In this document: one piece after another, positions 57,701-64,000 of the stretch | How positions within the stretch are numbered: position 1 is the first letter of the stretch | Layout: each line of letters starts with the position of its first letter | Assembly: GCF_009914755.1 (NCBI RefSeq) | Contig: NC_060940.1 | DNA length: 64,000 nt | Strand: one strand, 5' to 3' | Source of the DNA: the human T2T-CHM13v2.0 reference genome, Homo sapiens | Position numbers and translations under genes: made by a program | The notes under the pieces: model-generated | What the model was told of the DNA's origin: nothing | The model's database searches: none | What the model saw: only the letters and a program-made list of their open reading frames with translations

Positions 57701-59123
57701 AATACACTACATTTAATTTTTAATAGTTTTAGTAGTTCTATAGTATTCCCTTCTATGAGTGAGACATTTAATGGATTCCTTATTGATGCATGTTAAATGG
57801 CTTGAGTTTTGTTGCTTTTCTACTTCAAACACTGCGTCTGTGTATACTTCTATCTCTCTGTACTTGTACATGCACAATTATAGGATAATTTCTTATTTAA
57901 TGGCTAGATCGATTTACTTTTCATAGATATTGCTAATATTTGCCCTCCAAGAAAGTTTTATCCGTTTACATTCCTATAATATATGTGATAACCTGTTCTC
58001 TTTACAGCAAAAAGTGCCTTTAAAAAAACACTTCCCTTATAACAAACATACATCCTCTGCTGTCAGATTGTGAAAGGCTGAAGGAAATTTACAAGGAGCT
58101 CTCCTGTTTTTCCCCTATTATACTTGATTATGCTACTAAATATTCAGCCACTTCCATGCTATTGAGTGTGGGAGAAAGCAATCGTATTCTCATTGGCACA
58201 GGATAAGGGAAGCAAACTCACCTGAGCATCGTTTCAGCCTTAGAATTGCAGGCTGGAAAGCCTCTCCTTGTGTGTGTGCATTGGCTGGCAGCTGCCTGCC
58301 ATGAATGCTACCCAGGCTCTCAAAATGGGAAGAAGACCATATGCTTCATTACTAAATGAATTCACAGGACAAACTATCACAGAAAACATGTGTAATATGA
58401 GATATCATTTCAATTTGGCAATAAATGTATGGTAAATGGAAGGTTGCAGCCCATGTAAAATGCACTTAGGATCTAGTGTTGCCATGGAGTCAAAGGAAAT
58501 GTTATGGCAGCAGATAGGTGCAATTCTGCCCTGGAATTTGGCACTCTGGGATTCGTTGGCGGCCTGTGGAACTATTCAGAATCCAGTGAACACCAACCAT
58601 GGGGCTTTGCATAGCTTAAGTCCAGGCACGTGAAAATATCCGAATAGGGTCTGGGAGCTCTGAATTTCAAATATCATTGGTTATTTGATCTAAACTGGAT
58701 TAAGGTGGTGGAAATGACAGTATCTCTACACGCCATAGCCACTCTACATGCAGTCCCACGCATCACCTCATTTTGTGGTCACTGCAGCTCTTCACTGGGC
58801 AAGTGGAAACAGCTTCACAAAAATCAGACTCTAGGCAAGAAATTGGATTTACATGTTTTCCCTTTGGTTTTAAAGAAAATGTAGATAAAAATCTGATAGT
58901 CTACTTCAGGGAGGACAAATATATTTCAGCTTCTCTGTTCACTTTGACCCATTGGTAGAGACTTCCGAGGAGCTGTGTTTGCTTTTTCTTAATTAAGCAT
59001 TTAATGTTGAGATGATTTTAGATTTGTAGATTGACAAAAAGCTGTAAGAAATAATACAGAAAAATTCTATGTAGCTTTTACTCAGGTTTATCCAATAGTA
59101 ACATCTTGAAAAACTACAGGGTT

Positions 59124-59412
59124 GGCTGGGCGCGGTAGCTCAAGCCTGTAATTCCAGCATTTTGGGAGGACAAGGTGGGCGGATCACAAGGTCAGGAGTT
59201 CGAGAACAGCCTGGCCAACATGGTGAAACCCTGTCTCTATAAAAATACAAAAATTAGCCGAGCGTGCCGGTGGGCTCCTGTAATCCCAGCTACTTAGGAG
59301 GCTGAGGCAGGAGAATCACTTGAAACTGGAAGGCGGAGGTTGCAGTGAGCTGAGATCACATCACTGCACTCTACCCTGGTCAACAAGAGTGAACTCTGTC
59401 TCAAAAGAAAAA
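59124..59412 (+). mobile_element. AluSg-like
   Basis: Full dimer; perfect 16-bp TSD gaaaaactacagggtt (59108-59123 / 59413-59428). Confidence 0.95.
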
Positions 59413-59559
59413 GAAAAACTACAGGGTTAGGGTTATCACAACCAGTGATTGATCTTACTGATGTAGAAAGATATACTGGTCTTATACAGACATTGATACC
59501 ACCTACTGATGCAATCTCCTGATCTTTTTCAGATTTCCCTAGTTAAATTTGTACTCCTG

Positions 59560-59950
59560 TGGGATGTATGTTTGTCTGTGTGATGTGTGTGTGTTTACTG
59601 TGTGTATCTATGTCTGTGTGGTGTGTGTTTGTGTGGTGTGTATGTGCCTGTGTCCTGTGACCATGTGTTTGTATGATGTGTCTGCATGTGTGTGTTTTGT
59701 GGTGTGTCTATGGTGCGTGCACGCACGTATGTGTGTATGGTGTGTCTGTGTGTTTGGTGCATATGTGTGCATGCATCTGGTGTGTGTTGTTTCTGGGTGG
59801 TGTGTGCATGTCTGTGAGTAGTGTGTGTGTCTGCATGCATATGCGTTTGTGTGGTGTTTGTGTCTCTAGTGTCAGCACTTGTTTGTATGGTATGTGTGTG
59901 TGCATGTGTGTGTATGGTTTCTGTGGTGTGTCTTTGCACACGTGTGTGTA
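59560..59950. repeat. Degenerate (GT)n-rich simple repeat
   Basis: Direct reading; source of the Cys/Val and His/Thr ORFs. Confidence 0.9.
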
Positions 59951-61802
59951 ATTATTTGTATTACAAACATTTATCACTTGTGTAGTTTCATGTGGCCACC
60001 AACACAGTGAAGATATACAACAGTTCCATCACCACAAGGATCCCTCAGATTCCCCCCATTTCTCTCACCCCTACCCCCGTCCCTACCTGCTGGCAACCAC
60101 TAACCTGTTCTTCACTTCTGAAGTTCTATCATATCAAGAATATTATATAAATGGTATCATACAGGATGTAACCTTTGGAGACTGGCTTCTTTTTCTCTGC
60201 ATACTGCCCTGGAGATTGTTTCAAGTTGTTGCGTGTGCTAATAGTTGATTGTCTTAGATTGCTGAGTAGTATTCTATGGTGTCAATCTACCACCCAAGAA
60301 TCTTTTTTCAGTAGGCACCCTGAGGCTGAGCAGGAGAGGGTGCCATTGTCACTGCGTCGTGCCTACCCCAGAGACAGGGATTGAGAGGGGTGGCAAGCCC
60401 CTGGTGAACCTGCTTGGCTTACATGTATATGCTGATATTTGAAAGAGAATCAGAAACGGGACAGGATTAGCATCTGTGTCATTCTAGAGATCAGTATCCA
60501 GGATTCAGAAGGGTCATGAGGGCTGTCACTAAGGGGACTAGTGATAGGCTGGAAATCACGCTCCATGCGCTAGGACTATAGCTTCCATGGCAGAAGGCAG
60601 GATTTGAACATGAGTCCCCAGCCACTTTTTCAGTGATCTCTCTACTCCACTATAGCTTCAGTCATCTCCCGCTTATCGTGTGTGTTTGTGCTGGTTCTGG
60701 AGAGCGCACAATTTGCAGAAGGCAGTTTTGTTTGGATCTGCCAAGTACAAATGTGGCTGGCTAGTCTGTTGGATAGCCTGACAAGACCCAGAAATTTCTG
60801 TCTTTCCTCCCTCCCATCAAATAACTGGGCTCCTCCAAGAGCCAACGCATACATCCCACCTGTACCAACAGAATGTTGTAGTTTGCATACTTGGAATGGA
60901 AAAATAATATTTGGCTTGGCTTTGATCATATATACTAATTATTGCTAATATAGGCACCAGATGATTGCATTTTATTATACCTTTGTTTTTCACTAAATAT
61001 CAGAATTCCTTCCTTGAGGGGGGAGTTGTCATACTACTTAATTGTTTTGTGTTTTCTTGACATATCTAAGCATTATCTGTGCAACTGTGTCAGTGTGCCT
61101 GTTGCTGTAAATATTCAAGGGACTCATAACGGTATTAGAACTAATTTCTTACCACAACAGAATATTATCCCTTTCATAATTTTCAATTCTTTCAAAGGAA
61201 TTCTGAGGATTCTTGGTTTCCAAACTTCATATGACTTTTGACTTTTTTTTTTTTTAATAAAGTACAGCAAAGAGTTTTATGACTATGTGCTTTAGAGGCC
61301 AGATGGCATTGTTTTCTTCCTGTCTTTGGCAGGTTTCAGGCAAGTTGCATTAGTCTTCTGGACTTTGACTGCCTAGTGTGTAAAATGGCAATTGAAAAGT
61401 AAACGAATAAACCAGACTTTGTTTCTTCTTCTCTTCTGTACTTTTCATCTTCTTCCTCCTCCCTTTTCCTTCCTTCTTTCGTAAGGTTGCACAAAATAAT
61501 GTACATTAAATGTGTAACGTGCAGCATGAACTACATTTTATACATATAGATAAAAACTGTTATACATATTTTTTTATTTGTGTCATTAACTTGTTCTTGT
61601 TGATTCAATGAAGATTACCTGCAGTTAGCTGAAAAGTCGTAATACAAACAATTATTTTATGGCTTTCTTTTTTCAGTATGATTTACACTGTCCAGTTATG
61701 TCTTTTTGAGGCATAATCTTCATCTTAATTTTCCTGGGGGGTTTTTCTGTAACTCCTGTGCTACATTTTCAGGCAGTTTCTTAACATAGGTACCTATGTC
61801 TA

Positions 61803-61918
61803 TTCCTCCTCCTCCTCCGCCTCCCCCTTTTTTCTCCCTCCTCCGTCTCCCCCTTTCTTCTCCCTCCTCCCTCCTCCCTCCTCCTTCCTCCTCCTCCTCC
61901 TCCTCCTTCTTTTTCTTC
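61803..61918. repeat. (CCT)n/CT-rich polypyrimidine tract
   Basis: Direct reading. Confidence 0.88.
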
Positions 61919-62479
61919 GTTCAATCTTGGAAGCTTTCCAATTCAACTCTAACTTCTTCAGCCCGTCTTTTACTTATGTGTAGCTAATACCACATTTATA
62001 TCAGCCACAAACCTTCAATGGTTAGGAAAAAGAAGCTAACCCTTTATTTTCTCTTTAGATGTGTTGGTCCATTTGTTGTCAGTGTTTTGGTTCAGGTTGT
62101 TTCCAGCTACCCAGATGACTACCTTTCATCATATTTGCAGAGTGTATTTAGTGTTTACATCAAGACCAACCTCTGGGATTACAAAATAATTTTATACCAC
62201 TTTCTATCTCTGGGTGATTGGAAGTGGCTATCTGCAGCAGGACTATGTGGATGATGATGAGGTCATAGGCAGGTTCGTGGAGAAAGAGTGCTATGATTGA
62301 TTAATGATGTCTGCTGTGACCATGAGATAGGGGAATGCAGTATGTGTAAGGAATATTTGCTAACCGTTTTAAATGAATGTTCTTTATGCTTTTAGCATTG
62401 CTTTAAAATGGATAACAAAATTTATCATATATTTGCTAAATACACATTATACCTAAGTGTATAAATAACATTTATACCT

Positions 62480-62680
62480 AAGTGTGAGGCACTTGAAAAA
62501 CTCTTCTAGTCATTATTGCCTGTAATTCTTTCTTCACTCTTAGGGGTTAGGAATCATTTTTAATTCCTATTTTACAGATTCAGAAAGAGAGGTACATGTC
62601 AGTGAAGTCCTTTGCTAAGGCTGTGTACCTACTAAGAATCAGATTTAATGTTTGAATCTCGGCTAAGTAATCCCAGGGAG
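62480..62680 (-). mobile_element. MIR remnant
   Basis: cctattttacagattcagaaagagagg...ctactaagaatcagattt...tttgaatctcgg. Confidence 0.55.
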
Positions 62681-63474
62681 CTTTCTATGGAGGTAAGGAA
62701 GAGGATCAGGTTCACAAATGCAGAAATAAGTGAGTTTTTCTAGTGAGGGTTTCTGTCCTTCATTTGAGCAGCTTCCTTTATGACTCATCTTTCTAGAATC
62801 TTGCAAGAATACAAACCAACATTTATAGAGGTGATTTCAGCACAAGCACTGGATGTTTAGAAGTTTCTAGTCAGTCCTAAAGTGAGAAGACAGAACACGT
62901 TCAATTGATTTCCATTTGCAGTGCCCAGAATGAGAAAGGTGATGTTTATTCTCCCTGGTAAACACACTCAAAGGTTTTGGGGTTACCCAAGTTGAGCTTT
63001 CCAGGCAATGAACCACTAAAAATATATTTGTTCCCAGAACACAGCCAGCTAGTAAGGTTTTCCCACTGGGGCTGACATTTACTGTAACAAGAGCCTGTTT
63101 CCTTCTCTCAGAGCTGCAGCCAGCTCCTCACAAGGGAGTTGGTGTCTTGCCAGAGAAACCCCTCTAAGCTCCAAGAGACGTGCCAGGGAAGCCAGTGCTT
63201 TTCCCTTTAGCTGAATGTGCCAATAATGGCAGAATGATGTCTGCTTTTTAAAGTGACAAGTTAAAATATTATCTACAATTTATCTGTCCACTCATCCATC
63301 ATCTACTTATATTTCCTCTCTCTCCATATGTATATATATGTATACACACATACATGCACACATATGTATGTATATATCTATTTGGCGAAATGAATATATT
63401 TGCTCATTTAATATCACAGTAATTCTATAAATATAATTTAGCAAATTTTATGATGCTCCATTGTGCAGGTTCTA

Positions 63475-63867
<393 letters not shown>

Positions 63868-64000
63868 TCATCTTTTGTTGTTAAAGAATTATAGACTTCA
63901 AAGCTGGAGAAGCAGTGTGGGGTATTCCCTGGTCCTCCTTCCAAATGCATGTTGAAATGAAGACATGTGGGTTTTCTTCCCGTTTTGGCCATCACCTGAC

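Larger units (their letters stand above)
58985..60280 (-). mobile_element. L1MC3-like 3' end split by AluSg and an expanded GT-rich repeat
   Basis: gtaagaaataatacaga...aacatcttgaaaaactac...tatcacaaccag...cagttccatcaccacaaggatccctc...ggcaaccactaa. Confidence 0.8.

Noticed and set aside
57233-57796. Several 120-140 aa ORFs rich in Y/I/H/V/C/T (also 39265-39574, 59549-59977)
   Set aside because: Stop-free frames in dinucleotide repeats.
61308-61345. Possible 7-nt microexon (tttggcag|GTTTCAG|gcaagt)
   Set aside because: Non-triplet length, GC donor, no host gene exons seen; such motifs occur by chance.

Overview
Primate (most likely human or ape) non-coding genomic DNA, either intronic or intergenic. 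I found no intact protein-coding gene, RNA gene, CpG island or prokaryotic-type system. The supplied ORFs are explained by Alu, L1, microsatellite or chance open frames. The only gene-derived sequence is a disabled RPS26 processed pseudogene on the minus strand (about 26.41-26.85 kb). It lacks a poly(A) tail at the usual site and may derive from a 3'-extended transcript. The rest is interspersed repeats: about 24 Alus (J, S and Y types), L1PA/PB/M fragments including a 3.7 kb L1ME and a 5'-inverted L1PB, MaLR/ERV1 LTRs, MER1A/MER3/MER5A DNA transposons, and many L2 and MIR remnants. Microsatellites and several repeat-poor, homeodomain-motif-rich blocks resembling conserved enhancers lie between them. 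The most unusual signals are small: several short insertions that copy sequence lying 0.7-3 kb away, direct-inverted-direct micro-triplications, and a 135-bp orphan polyadenylated insert. Repeat subfamily names are by-eye recognition, and boundaries of old repeats are approximate. I cannot identify the locus. I see no convincing evidence of a new multi-component biological system.
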